Assembly (NCBI GenBank): GCA_000320545.1
Contig: ADNK01003302.1
Span: 1 to 64,000, forward strand
Source of the DNA: Bigelowiella natans CCMP2755
Lineage: Eukaryota > Protista > Cercozoa
DNA length: 64,000 bases
Direction: 5' to 3'
Under the pieces are notes generated by a model. That model was given only the letters and a program-made list of their open reading frames with translations. It searched no databases and was not told the origin of the DNA. Below, in pieces: positions 10,087-23,025 of this stretch (position 1 is its first letter; every line of letters begins with the position of its first letter). The position numbers were made by a program, and so were the translations under genes.

Positions 10087-11067
10087 TGAAGAGACTTGCC
10101 TTGCACGTCAAAGCAAGCCATCAGTTTTCAATTTTTCCGAAGACAAACGATTTCTTGTCCATCCTGGTTGCGTTGCTACTGCTAGACTGCCCTCCACCCT
10201 TTGCAGCTTCACGCATTGATGTCAAGCAGCACGTCATGAGCAGGCTAGCAGGTGCAGTCGTCCAGGCTGTGCAGTGTGCAGAGAGTCAGTTGCGCGCTGC
10301 ACAATGATGCTAGAATTGGAAGTGCAATGGTGCTTTCTTCGCAAGGCAGCTTTGGATGTAGCTGTGGATGACGCATGGTTCAAACACACTGGCTAGCTAG
10401 CTAGCTAGCGCAGGATGTGACGAATGAAAATTTGAAGGCGACGGTCCACACTGGCACACGACCATGCACGATCATGCTGCTAGAATGCTGTCACAGCTAG
10501 CAGCTAGCTCAGCTAGCTAGCCTACTTCAGTGCTACACGCTGTCAAGTCCTACTGTCTTGCTTTGGACGCAAACACCTTCTAGACCTTGCACATGGCTAG
10601 ATGGGTGTGCCATGTCCAGCAGATGTGGTCACAGCCAGCACAGCTAGACAGCCGCGTTTTGCAATAGCCCTTGCTAGCTAGAGCCATCGAAATCACATGC
10701 ACAGCTAGATAGCAGTGTTGTGTGCCGGCAAGTCAGAACTGATTGGACACCACAACTCATGGCTGCACACTTGTGCAGTGTCACATGTTCCTGTATTCAT
10801 AGTGAATGTGTTGTTTATGAAGAAAGTTCCAAGCAAGCAACCGCTGCCGTGCACTATGGCCATATAGACGAGATGCGAACACAGCTTGGCAAGTGCAGCA
10901 CGTTCGCGTCCTATTACGGAGCCTGTCATTTGTTTGTCATAGTCGCGGAAAAACTCTACATTGCACAAAAACGAGTGTAATGAAAGTGAATCTTTCCATA
11001 CTATCTGGAGTTGCAATGCAACGGGCACTATCAGGGTTCACGTTAAATCCAGAATTTCACAAACATT

Positions 11068-14000
11068 CTACTCCATCGAATCAAACATATCTTCTTCCTC
11101 TTCCTCAGCTGGACCCGAGAGACTTGGAGCAGACATTGGTGTTTCATCGGGTGTCAGAAACTAAGTATAGCACACATTATTACACATTACACTTGATCCA
11201 TTGCATTGTTGCTGATTCTTTACACAGATTGGGTCAATACTTTCTTGGAGGCTTCCTTCGTATATTTGCTAGTTGCATCTTCTGTCTTATCTATCGGTCG
11301 CATCTTGGCATCCACCACCTTATAATCAGGTTGTAAGTTATACGCGCCCCATATACACGCAAACATACACACAGTGTGCCACTTTTTGAAATTTAATGTG
11401 ATAATAAAAGGTGTCCAAGGACTAGTAGACCCTATTCTAAGTGTCTGATTCCTGTGAATGTTGCTTTAATGTGTAACCAACCATATCCCAGAATGCCTTC
11501 CGATCTCTGAAAGACTTTGCTATTGCTTCCAATCCCGTGTTGAAGTCGCTGCTTTCCTCATTCTTCACGCACACTTCACGTAGCGCCTGTATACAGTCAA
11601 CTGCCTTTGGATATCCAGCAGATCCGAATGATTCTTGCACACAATCGTTAATAATCTTCCACATCTCTTTGATAGCACGGGTGATGATATCTGGATCATC
11701 CTTCCTGTCAGTAATCACGGGCAAGCATGTCACGCATAAATGTTACTACATTGCTGATGCTGATGATGCAGAAAATATAAGTAAAATGGGTCGTAATTAA
11801 AACTATCACCTTTCTGCCATAGCTTTAAGATCTTCAACAGGTGTTGCCGAACCGACCATATCCACTACGAAAACAAGCTCCATTTTTACACGCGCGGACA
11901 CATACACCACTGGCTGGCTCTCTCGCCACAACATCTTCATTCATTTGATAACTCCTGTTACCTTTGTGCGCAACGATGTCATCCATCTTGATTTTAGTGT
12001 CGATACCTTCCCCACCTAACGATGCTCCTTTCAACTTTTTAGCCTGGATGAGGTCTTCATCTTCTTGAACTAACATCGCACTAACATGTGCCACGGAACC
12101 ATCTCCTGATAGAAAATCTCTCCAGTGCCGCTTCTTATTCTAAATTAAAGATTATCACAAACCGACTGATCAACTACGAATATAGATTAAAGATGATCGT
12201 CAATCCAACTGATCAACTACAAATGGCAAGCAAGAAATACAGACGCAGTTCTCATGGCGAATGCAAATCTACCATCAAACACAACAAGCGATAAATAACA
12301 TAGGTAAGATAAGATATCTATCAAATTCATGAGGATGCAGTAGCTGAGCTTACTTTGGAAGCTGTTTTCTTCTCTACAACTTGGAGAGGAAATCTCTCAA
12401 CAACGTTCTTCACCTTAATTTTGAAAAAATACGAGAGTCAAATTGATGATATGTTGCATTCGTGCAAGAAATATATTGTTTTCAGAATAATAGTACGTAC
12501 TGTCAGTGAACAACGAGGCTATTAAGATTCTTCTAGTCAGTGAAGAAGATGACGTAAACACGATGTAGAGCGGGGAATATATACACAAACTACATGCGCT
12601 GTAAATATGATGTAATCGTGCTCGAAGAATCGATCTCAAAAATTTCCTCAATTTACTCAACAAATTAAACCTCCTTTTACCTCCTTTTTAGCCGAAATCA
12701 AAAGCTTTTCATCTGGATTTAGGGTCCTATGAAAAATGATATTAAACTTAATTCGTAGGAAGAAGGGCTGTTGCAGTATCTTGGACACACTAGGGAACTT
12801 TGGGACAGAAAGCAATAAAAGTCAACCAAGATCAAATTAGAGCTTTGTCTTTATCACTTCCTTCGCAACCTTTTACCCAGATTACTCAGTACCGCTACTA
12901 CTACAACCGTCTTCACATCAACCTCCGCACTCTACCACTGTTCTTATTATCTGACCACCATCTCATCCATAAGCCTACTTACTTTGCAACAGCTGGATCC
13001 AGCTCTTCTATAGATACCTCCGGATCGAATGCTCGCCTGTTTTTTGCGCCATCATTAGCATTTTCAACAATAAAAGTAGTTTGAGGAATAGATTTTTTTT
13101 GTATATTGAATCAATTAAATAAGTCGATTTTTTACCATATTTTGGTACAAAAATCTAACAGAAAACGACTGCAAGTTTGCACAGATTGGTGGGAACCACG
13201 AACTATAATTAATCAAGTATTTCATAACTACATGTTTACTTTTCGACGTTTTGATAGAAACGCCTAAGACATGGATTAAAAACTTCTTCCATGTTAAGGG
13301 CCTCAAATTCGAAACTGATTATGATTTTATTGATTCAGCAAATCAAGAAAAACAAGGAAAAAAGAATTGAAACAATGGTTAGCAGAGATTTCACAAATAA
13401 ACGAAGAGACAGAACATACAAAATATGGAGCTCGAACAAATTTCTTAAAATAATTGTATCTAAAATACACACACACCTAGACACACACACACACACGCAC
13501 CATGCAAAACATATGTGCATACACACATATATTACTAAATGCAAATTTTAAATACAATAGGAGGGTACCCGTCTTCGTCTTCCATTGAATTTAAATCCAT
13601 TCTTTTGATCAAATTACGCATCGCAAGCCTTTGATTCTGGTCTGGTTTGTGCTTTTCTTCGAAACTTTCCCATAAGAACACATAGAGGAAAAAAATAAGA
13701 AACACTATTATTGATTTTTAATATAAATATCATAAACTCTTCTCATTTTACAGACTGTGGTAAACCATATACGTATTAACTATCGTGTCAGTTTCACCTT
13801 CCGAAGACGTAGTCTCGATAGTCTTCTGAGAACGGAAGCTGATTCAAATACCTACATTGTATTCATATTTCATGCCCTCGTCATGCTGAGTATTCATTTC
13901 ATTAGTTTTAATCTTTTTGTTTTGTACTTTTCTATCCCCCCCCCCCCCTCCTCCATTTTATTCTCTTATGACTTACAAGCATTCATTTTCTGGGTTGATT

Positions 14001-16073
14001 TCCGGGGTCAAAAGAGCAAAGACTGGTGTTGCATTCTTTCTCTTTACATACCGCGCGGTCACAGCTAACTAAAGGGTTAAGAGCAATATTTGATGAATTT
14101 CGTTTCCTATTTTTTGTGGCTGTTGTTTGAGTAAATATGCTGCTATTTGAATAAGTTTCGTACTTTTTGGTTTGATGCTTTTTACAGAACATACGTCCTT
14201 ATTCTCCTCTTTGACATTTCTTCTTTTTCATACTGGTTCGTCAACATTCATATTTTGGTTTCTCTCTCTTTATCCTAAATTTTTACCGTCAGTAGTACCT
14301 TTTCCTTCTTTAGTGCATGTACAAATGCCGAAAACTTGAGCCCATTCCTAACTCCAGCATCTTTCATTGGAACAACACAGTCGACGGCTCCAAGGCACCA
14401 GTATCTCTTCACTGTGTCACTGCACATTACCCATCACAACAGGTAAGCTTTTTCGCCTTACAATGGGTAAGAATTTTAGATGTGGTACTACATTGGGACA
14501 AAAGCAAGAACTGTGAGACACTTGTCGCATGTATATTTCAGGTTGTCTATATCTGCTTCGGAGAAAGGCACCTACAACAGAGTGTTGGATCATGTATCTC
14601 TCAATACGATTTATTTTTTTATTAAATATTCAATCATCAAATCATCATAGAGAATAGTTGTTTAGTTTCACAATTTTCACTTACGAGTTGCTTGCCATAC
14701 GGATACGCCTTTATTCGATGAAGTTTCTCGACCTCAACATCGTCCTCACCCAATTTGTTGTAGTATGTACGAACCATTCTGACGCCTGGAAGTCATGAAA
14801 TGAAATATATCAGATCCTGACGGCGACATGTTGACAGTACTTACATTGATCATAATCAACGACGCATCAAATAATGAGAGAGCGGTCGAATTGAGGGGAA
14901 GTGTGAGAGACAAATGTTAAATAGCATTAACCAGTATCTAAGCCGTTCTGCTCCACAGCCACTGCCGACTCTTTCTTTAACGTTGGCATATTCTGTACTG
15001 AAGTCTTTCCGTACGTTGCCACCTTCGGTGTGTATGTGCGAGGTATATGAATCTCTTCATTTACTTGAAGCTAAATAAAAAATGTCTTCCGCCACGCCTA
15101 ATACCAACAATACCGCAATAGCCATCATCATTAAAGTACCTGAATCTCTAAGGCTCCTATGTTCATTGGACCTTTGTACTTGTGTACCATACTTACAGTA
15201 CGTTTACGGATGAAGTTAAGAGCTGTCAGAGCTTCTGATCCGATCAGAATTTGTCCACCAGTTCCTTGAGCCAGTTGTCTAAGTATAGTATGGAAGAAAA
15301 ATGCCGCATTTTTTATTTATTTTTTTTTCCATCAACCATCTTCTAATATTACTTTAGTAAAAGTTCTCCTTTGATCTCATTCTCTGCTCGACTCGCGGCC
15401 TTCTTTTCGCCGTCTCCCATTCTGCCGTCAGTGCCACTATCCTCATCTTCATCCTCGTCCTCAGCAAAATCGACTCCAATGATATTTAATCTAAATTGTA
15501 GAAAGCATCAGTTCTCACTCTACGTATGTTCTACAAAGACGTTTCCTACTTCACTTCTTGGATGTTCATCTCATCTATCAACATTTGAATATGAGCATCA
15601 TCCCTTATTGGCCCACCCGCGTCCGTAATCTATTATATAAAGAAGATTTATTTGCAGGTGACAACCTTTGTTAAAACATTGGTCTTACTAGGAATATCCT
15701 TTTAGTGAATTTTAGGTGTTTAACACGGGATACAATCATTTCTAGCCCCACAAATAGAGCATCTAGCACTAATGTAACCAGAATAATACGAACGAATTAG
15801 CGATGAGATGATAATGATAAAGATGGTCTTGTGTTAATCGCATCTACCATCTCCTTCAGCGTCTTCAACTTCAACAGCTGACACAGTTTCGAGGACATCC
15901 AGGTCTGGTTTTGCAAAAACGTGTACTTGCTGGACATGTTTGTAATGATCCGGGTGTTCCTCATTTAGCTTGTTCTCAGTAACTAGAGAGATTGTGATAA
16001 GTTAAGAAGTATCAAAAATGGTAGCAATGAGGGAAATGGCATGGCGCATTACTAAAAATATTACTTAAATATC

Positions 16074-16116
<43 letters not shown>

Positions 16117-16634
16117 TCACATATTATATTACACATATTTGTGCACATTTGATGATGACTGTAGCGATAATAATAAGATAACGATGCTGAGCAGCAAGAT
16201 ACCATCGTATTTAGATGCCTATTGCCTGACCTGCGGTGCCGAAAAGAACCATGGCCATTTCGTCACTCTTCTTTCCGAAGAGAAGCTATCGACAAGTATT
16301 CCAGTAGTTAAAGCAGTGCATGAAATCCAGTAATAATTGACGTAATCAACCTTAGTTTGAACCAACATTTGTACAGCCTTCTTCGCAAGATCCAGTCTAG
16401 TTTCACCACCACTGATCGTTCAAAATATTGGCTCAAGCATCTTAGGCAGTTTCGAGCATTGAAGATTCGAGCATTAAACCACCTTTCCTTCCCCATGGAC
16501 CGTCCCACATCTAGAATTACACAGACTGCTTCCTGAAAGGTACCAAAAAAATATTAATGCAGATGTATCGTCGAAGCTTCCCCATTCTTGATCCATTATT
16601 CCACACTAAAGATTCCCCCATGGACCTTGCTCAT
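11068..16634 (-). CDS. KU80: Ku80 (NHEJ DNA end-binding subunit), multi-exon
   Basis: N-terminal MSK/EAVCVILDVGRSM (vWA start); core exons (KAYPYGKQLV, PDQNQRLAMRNLIKRMDL); C-terminal domain AIKEMWKIINDCVQESFGSAGYPKAVDCIQALREVC...FWDM; acidic tail EEEEEDMFDSME* (stop 11068-11070). Confidence 0.92.
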
Positions 16635-16802
16635 GACGCCAGATTCTATTCCCACGAGGAAGGGTTTCCCGCGTTGCAATACCGGTAGTTGAGATGCCTT
16701 TCACACGAACGTCATCATTATCTCCTTGTCGCAATGTATAAACTGTCGACCTTCGTCCCCCTCTTCCGGTCTGTGCTTAGCTCAGATTCGTCTACCCGAA
16801 GT
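16635..16802. promoter_or_regulatory. Putative ~170-bp bidirectional promoter region (Ku80 / importin-alpha-like)
   Basis: Distance between the inferred divergent ATGs at 16634 (-) and 16803 (+). Confidence 0.5.
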
Positions 16803-18736
16803 ATGCCGACTGCACAAAGAGGTTTATTTTCACACCATACGACAACACCTTTATGGAGATTTTGCATAAATTATATGAATTCTCTCCTCATCGTCCTGAT
16901 TCTTAAATCTTACTACTCACTTTCCAAATATGTTTGTAGCTGGGAAGAAGAAGGACAGGGATGGGGTGAAGAGGATTCACGGACTCAATCTCCGCCAGGC
17001 CTCCTCCCACCGTCGTCAAATGCACCGGGAAAACGGACTTAGGAGGAGGTTTTTCATTTTTGAATTTTGCCCGCTTATTTTTAATTCTTGCGGCGTTTGT
17101 TGTAAATGATACTAAACGAAGTCACAATGCCCAGGAGGGACATGTTAAACAAGCGGCGTAGAATCGCTCCCACGTCGGAGGAAAAGAAGGTAATAAATAA
17201 GGTTGTTTATATGTGTTCTAGTCACTTGGTGCCTCACAGGAGTTGTTCGATTGTTACAAATTTTGATGTCTCATGGGATTCTTTTCCCGTTCTCGTGATC
17301 TAATTAATAATGTATTGTTCATGAAACAAAGACTGCAAATGGAGAAAGTGGTAACCATGACGAAGGAACAATAAAGGATTATATTCAAATGGCAAACGAT
17401 GCTATTCAGGTCCGATTTTCCCCTCTTCGCCACCATCTAACAGAAAAGTACTGATATGACATTATAATAAGAAATTCAAGAAGGCGGTAGAGGAAGCTTC
17501 AGCAGAATCTCAACAACAACAGCTTAACGCTTTGAAGACCATTGTGTATATGCTTTCACGGGAGGATATGGATCCAGAGATGATCATAGACGCCATCATA
17601 AACGTCACTGAAAATCAATAGACTCCATGATCTATTCTTGATTGGCACATGTTGTGTTGTCGTTAGGCTGGGATGGTAAAGAACCTTATTAGTCTTTTGG
17701 AGAGCAGGAACACGACTTCGTCTGAGCTACAGATGCAGGTCACAATCTGCTTCCAGTTCTACGTTTTTTTCACACCCACTCAAGTGAAAATTTATTTTTC
17801 ACTCAGGCAGCGTGGTGCTTGACAAATATAGCAAGCGGCACACATGCCCAGACTGAATTAGTCCTTCCGGTAATTGAAAGCATTCGCAAATGTGTATATA
17901 TGAGTAGAAGTAGTCGTAAAGCAGCAGAAACATATGTGCAACGAAAAGGGTCCATAGATTTTAGTGGTATTGGGTGGTGTCATAGATTTTAGTGGTATTG
18001 TCATATTTCCATCCGATCAGCAGCTATCATAATCAATGTCGTATTTTTCAGTTGTTTGTCAGGATTTATGATTTTTCAAAGCAACCAAATCCTATATTCT
18101 TACAGTGGAGTATGCTTATCATTAGGCTTGCCCCGCTTTTATTCAAGCTTTGAGTGGAAATAATAGAAAACTTAAGGTTTTATTGTTATAGATTCCATCC
18201 CGCAGCTATCATTCCTACACAACTTCACTGGGTCTACCACACGTGAATTTATTCCACAAAGGCCAAAACATCATTGTTGTAGCAATACCCGTTATAAATT
18301 GTTTGTGTTAATACACACACAACGTGCGTGTGTGTGTGTGTGTGTTTGTTTTTGTGTGCAACTTGCGAAAGGTAGCTACTGCTTTATCAAAATCCCTTTT
18401 CATTCTTTAATTTTATTTTTATCCTTTGTTTCTATCTCTCTGTTTGTCTTAGGAGCACGCGGTGTGGGCGTTGGGGAATATTGCTGGCGACTCAGATGAG
18501 TTTAGGGTTGGTATATATTAGAGATGTTCGTGTCAAAATTGGTGCTAATGGCATATAATACACGCCTATGGCAAGAGAGGGATTATGTTTAGTCGTGGGT
18601 AGCTCCACATACAATGGATCCTACCTCATATGTTTATAGTCAATATATTCAAGGGAATCTCTCGTTGAAGAACGTATCTCTCGTTTTTTCCCATTTATCC
18701 ACATTTCAGTACAACATGTAATATATTTGATGGGTG

Positions 18737-18772
<36 letters not shown>

Positions 18773-21006
18773 TGTGTACGTATGTGTAAATTCTGTACAT
18801 TTAGCACATTTTGGTGCATAAGACGCGCGTGTATTTTTTGTATATCAAGAACTCAGTAATACAAATGGGAGGGTTTGCAGCGTTGGCAAAGATTATCGAC
18901 GACTCCGCGAACATGGTAATTCGTTGATAAATGAGCGGAGAAAACCTGCAAGATATGTGTGCAAGGGTTGACTTTTCATTCACTATCTACATACTAGAAT
19001 TTATAATGAGCAATCATAAATTATGTTGTTGTCTTAATTAATTGTTCATTATTGTCTTCTTACAGGAGCTTGTTCGCACTGGTTGCTGGACCCTATCTAA
19101 CATGCTTAAAGTAAAACAATAGTTGATACCTTTGAGTGGAAAATTGAGGCACCACTGATGAAAATATACCCCCGAAATTATATTCATTTTATTTAGTCAC
19201 AGCAGTAAATTGATGAAGGAGCGTTAGTGAAACAGGACTCTTCTCTATTTCTTATATAGGGGCGGGATCCGTCGGCGGCGAGACGAGAGTTTTACAAAAT
19301 AGGAAATGCATATTACATGAAGCGTTTCTTCCAATTGCTAGATTCTAAACAATTGCAGCAGCAGCAACAACAGAAAGAAGTTGTCTTGCAGATAGAAGGT
19401 GTTATTGTAGAGGTTGTCTGGTGCCTCACATACCTAACTTCGCGTGACGAACCAGGTTCTCCCCATTCGTGTCTTCGGGAGGATTTCCCTTCCGTCATTC
19501 TTCTCTTTTTCGTCTACTTACTGTACACTTTCCTTCTCGTGCCCTGCTGCCCTATAGGATGCGGTGCAATAATAAAAGCAGGATTCGCTGACCGAATCGC
19601 CAAGTTAATGCACAAAGATACGAAGACATCGATTCTTATACCCTGTAATAACAACTTAATTCTTGTATTTAGTGGTTTAATAAGACCATAAACGATGATC
19701 AACGTCATGAAAATAGGATGAGAAACCCCAAAAAAATTAAACGTATAACTTGTGATGTTAAAAAATGTGCCTCTTTAATTGCCGTGCTTTTCACAAAGTA
19801 AAATTTTAAATCAGGTAGCGAAAATTACTTTGATGTATTATTCTACCTTATCAATGCTGACACATAATAGTGTTTGAATCTTCTTAAATTTCAAAATGAA
19901 ATAGTTTTCCGGAAAGATTTCAGTGAGACAGTGTTAAGTTAATAAAACCTTTATTTTCGTAATCGTATAAATCTCGACCATCAAGTGCAAATTTCTATGT
20001 TAATTGTTCCAGATAGAATCATCTAATAAAAGTGTTTTTGTTAGCTTTGAGGTGCTTAGGAAATATGCTAGCCTATAGCGACAAATTCAACGAAAAAGGT
20101 ATTCAACGACTACGACAACAACATAGATTATAAAAGATCTTATTATTATGCCGCCCACGGAATGGGGGTTGATCGAATCAGATCGTTACACATAGTAAAT
20201 GATTTACTATTTCATTTGATTTCAATTAGATCTGAGTCGGTCAGATAAGTTGATCTCCTTTTTATTCTCTAGAGAAAGTTTTAAAAAGTGTTCTTGGTGG
20301 ATTAATTCAGAATGTTTAATAAGATTGTCTATCATAGTCATATCTGACTGTGGAGGAAAGCATATCCTTGATTGTTTAGCATTCTGTATGAAGGTATGGA
20401 TGTATTATATGCGTGCATTGATGTTGGATTCTCTCCTTATTGCTGCAGTCTTCACCATCCTACTCCATCATGTGTAGAAATTTACTTCTTCCATATGTAG
20501 AAATAAATGATATAATCCGTGCAGTAGTATAAAATTATGAGGTAGTAGTTGGATGGGTTGGTTGGATAGAAAGATGGATGGATGATGTTGATAAGGAATT
20601 CTAATAGCGAAATATTCTTAGCTTTCAACCTGAATAGTAGGCTTAGTTAATTTGTCAATAAATAGCATCAGCATAGAGGTCTGCGGAAAGAAGCTATATG
20701 GGTAGCATTTGCACAATCACATAAATCAATTTATAAAAGGTTCCTTCTTTTTACGCCTCCTATGTCGTTCTCTAATATTTTTTTTTTCATTTTATCTGTA
20801 ATTATTTCATATTATCCTCTGAAGGTGGTTGGGAATATACTGGCAGGGCCTCCTTCACATAAGAAGGCTGTAGTCGATGTATGTAGAACAAATACAACAA
20901 AAAGAAGAATTTAAAATTGAGAATCATCTACCAAAAAATGATACTCACGTATAGATAAAATTTTACACCAGGCGTAGAAGCGATAATTCTAAATTCAACC
21001 ACACAA

Positions 21007-21051
<45 letters not shown>

Positions 21052-21213
21052 ACACATACACACATTACACAAAAGACAAATCTTTGTAGTATCTTTGTAA
21101 TATCCAATTATTTTGCGCACAAACTTGTTACACAAATTCATTACTTGATCTTTGTTACAAAATGCCTGTAGACCATACAAATCAACACACACACACACAC
21201 ACACACGAGATCA

Positions 21214-21274
<61 letters not shown>

Positions 21275-21402
21275 GTGTGTGTGTTTGTGTGCGTGTGTAT
21301 AAATGTAAACATGTATTTATTAAAATATATGTGTAATAAACTATCATCGAATTGTTTTATGCGCTCAACAAATGGTTCATATTTTATTTTAATATCCAGT
21401 CT

Positions 21403-21440
<38 letters not shown>

Positions 21441-23025
21441 ACATATCTGTATACATAAATGTTTGTGTGTGTGTATGGCTTGAACTAGTAACAGTATGAA
21501 TCGTACTGTCTTTACAGCCATCATTATTTGGAATCACCGTTAACGTCTGTCACATGATTCTGTATTCCTCTCCTACAGGCTGGGTTCCTTCCACAGTTGG
21601 TCGATATTTTGCAAAAATCTCAATTTGATTTGAGGAAAGAGGTTCAGCATACTCAACAGCAACAATAAACCATTATCATCATGAGTATATAGTAAACCTA
21701 CTGTCATGAAGGTTACTCCCTATATTGTTATTTTCTGGGTGATTTCTTTTGGTGGGATTTAGTATTTCAACCCCCTTTTCTATCAGAAGAGAAATGGTTA
21801 TTTTCAATTAATACGTTCTGCGAATTTACAAGTACATCATTTATATTCGCTACTACTCATCTACTTTATTTATTCTGGTTAGGCCGTATACGCGCTCTTT
21901 AATGTCGCTTCGCAGCTCCATATCCTTAGTATTCTCGTGGAAAAGCATGTATGTAAGATGATATAATTCGATGTTACTCATCAAAATAAATATGGTTGAT
22001 TTAGATTTTTCCATAACTGATACGAGGCGATAGTAATGAAATGTAATTCTGAACTTGCCTTAAATGGAGGAGCCTCAATTTGAATATGGCAATATTAAAA
22101 ACCATACTTTGAAATGATTTGTAATCTCAGGAGATAATTCCAAGCATATTGGATCTCATTAAAATTGATGATGTAGACTTGATCAAAATTTGCTTAATGT
22201 TTACCGAAGTAATTCTCGCATCGAACAAGGTTAATGAGAATCACAATACGATGATGATGATGATAATGATGATGAGTACGAGGATTATAACGACCATAAT
22301 TTTTGGTCTGGATGAAAAGACATCAAAGAAAAGAGTACATATATAATATTTTATTATTCCTCAAGAAATTTGTATCGATGGTGGAGGAAGCTGGAGGCAT
22401 AGAGGCTCTCGAGACTGTCCAAACGCATCCTAATACGTAGATAATATTAAAAACAGCAAGAGCATGCAAAATATATAAGTAAATTTTACATACATATTAT
22501 TATAATTATATATATTAATTATTACAGTAGATTATATTTACAAAATATCGAATTTTTATGTTTTTGAATGAAAGTAAATACTGAGTGAAGGTAGAATGTA
22601 TGCTGTTTTTGGTGTAAATTAAATTATTATCATGGATTTCTTTTCCTAAGATCTATTAAAGCTTGAAATATACTTCCAATTTGTCCTTGTATATTATACT
22701 ATTGAAAGTCAATATTAACAATATTTAACTTCAGATGTCATTTTGACTATGAACTAAATTTTATGTATGAAAGGGAACTCTGGGATCATGCAGGGCCGGT
22801 TGTGGATAAATATTGGGGGGAAGATGCGTACGACGACTCTGATCAGGTCCTAACTGCCTACATGAAATATATGATGGCTCAAAAATTAGCCAAGCCTCGT
22901 CTTACAAAAAAAAATGAATATAATCTTTCAAGGATGAAAAGAGCAGAGAGCAAGATATTCTACAGCAGCAACCCATTGAATATCCACCTTGGCGTCTGGG
23001 TGCACATCAGAATATGGAGAAGTGA
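16803..23025 (+). CDS. Importin-alpha family ARM-repeat protein (IMPA-9/TMCO6-like), multi-exon
   Basis: IBB-like HRRQMHRENGLRRRRDMLNKRRRI; ARM motifs AAWCLTNIASG, EHAVWALGNIAGDS, GCWTLSNML, EVVWCLTYLTS, FDLRKE; C-terminal VVDKYWGEDAYDD...EYPPWR...EK* (TGA 23023-23025). Confidence 0.88.
21005..21440. repeat. Intronic (CA)n/(TA)n microsatellite cluster, representative of many SSRs in the window
   Basis: Visible long CA and TA runs. Similar SSRs at about 16080, 18740, 26480, 27790, 41080, 43620 and 55300. Confidence 0.95.

Larger units (their letters stand above)
3600..10700. other. TpA-depleted (hypermutated) island between the 3' ends of two host genes
   Basis: By eye: no TpA in 4152-5479 or 5822-6981, and only three in about 7330-10170 (7551, 8554, 9432; all CTAC). 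CTAG clusters at the edges and internally (3660-3680, 5560-5575, 10390-10520). Confidence 0.9.

Noticed and set aside
3680-10310. Dozens of overlapping Cys/His-rich ORFs in all six frames, superficially zinc-finger-like or overlapping genes
   Set aside because: A consequence of TpA loss: TAA/TAG stops are nearly absent, so frames stay open, and TGY/CAY codons are inflated.
3600-10700. Classical CpG-methylation decay or fungal RIP as the explanation
   Set aside because: CpG is plentiful and TpA is the missing dinucleotide. RIP would enrich TpA.
3600-10700. Alternative genetic code or bacterial contaminant
   Set aside because: Depletion affects non-coding DNA and all frames, and it grades smoothly into flanking host genes.
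20995-21537. YIYIYI/CVCVCV ORFs (also near 13335, 26480, 41050, 55267)
   Set aside because: Translations of intronic or intergenic dinucleotide microsatellites.
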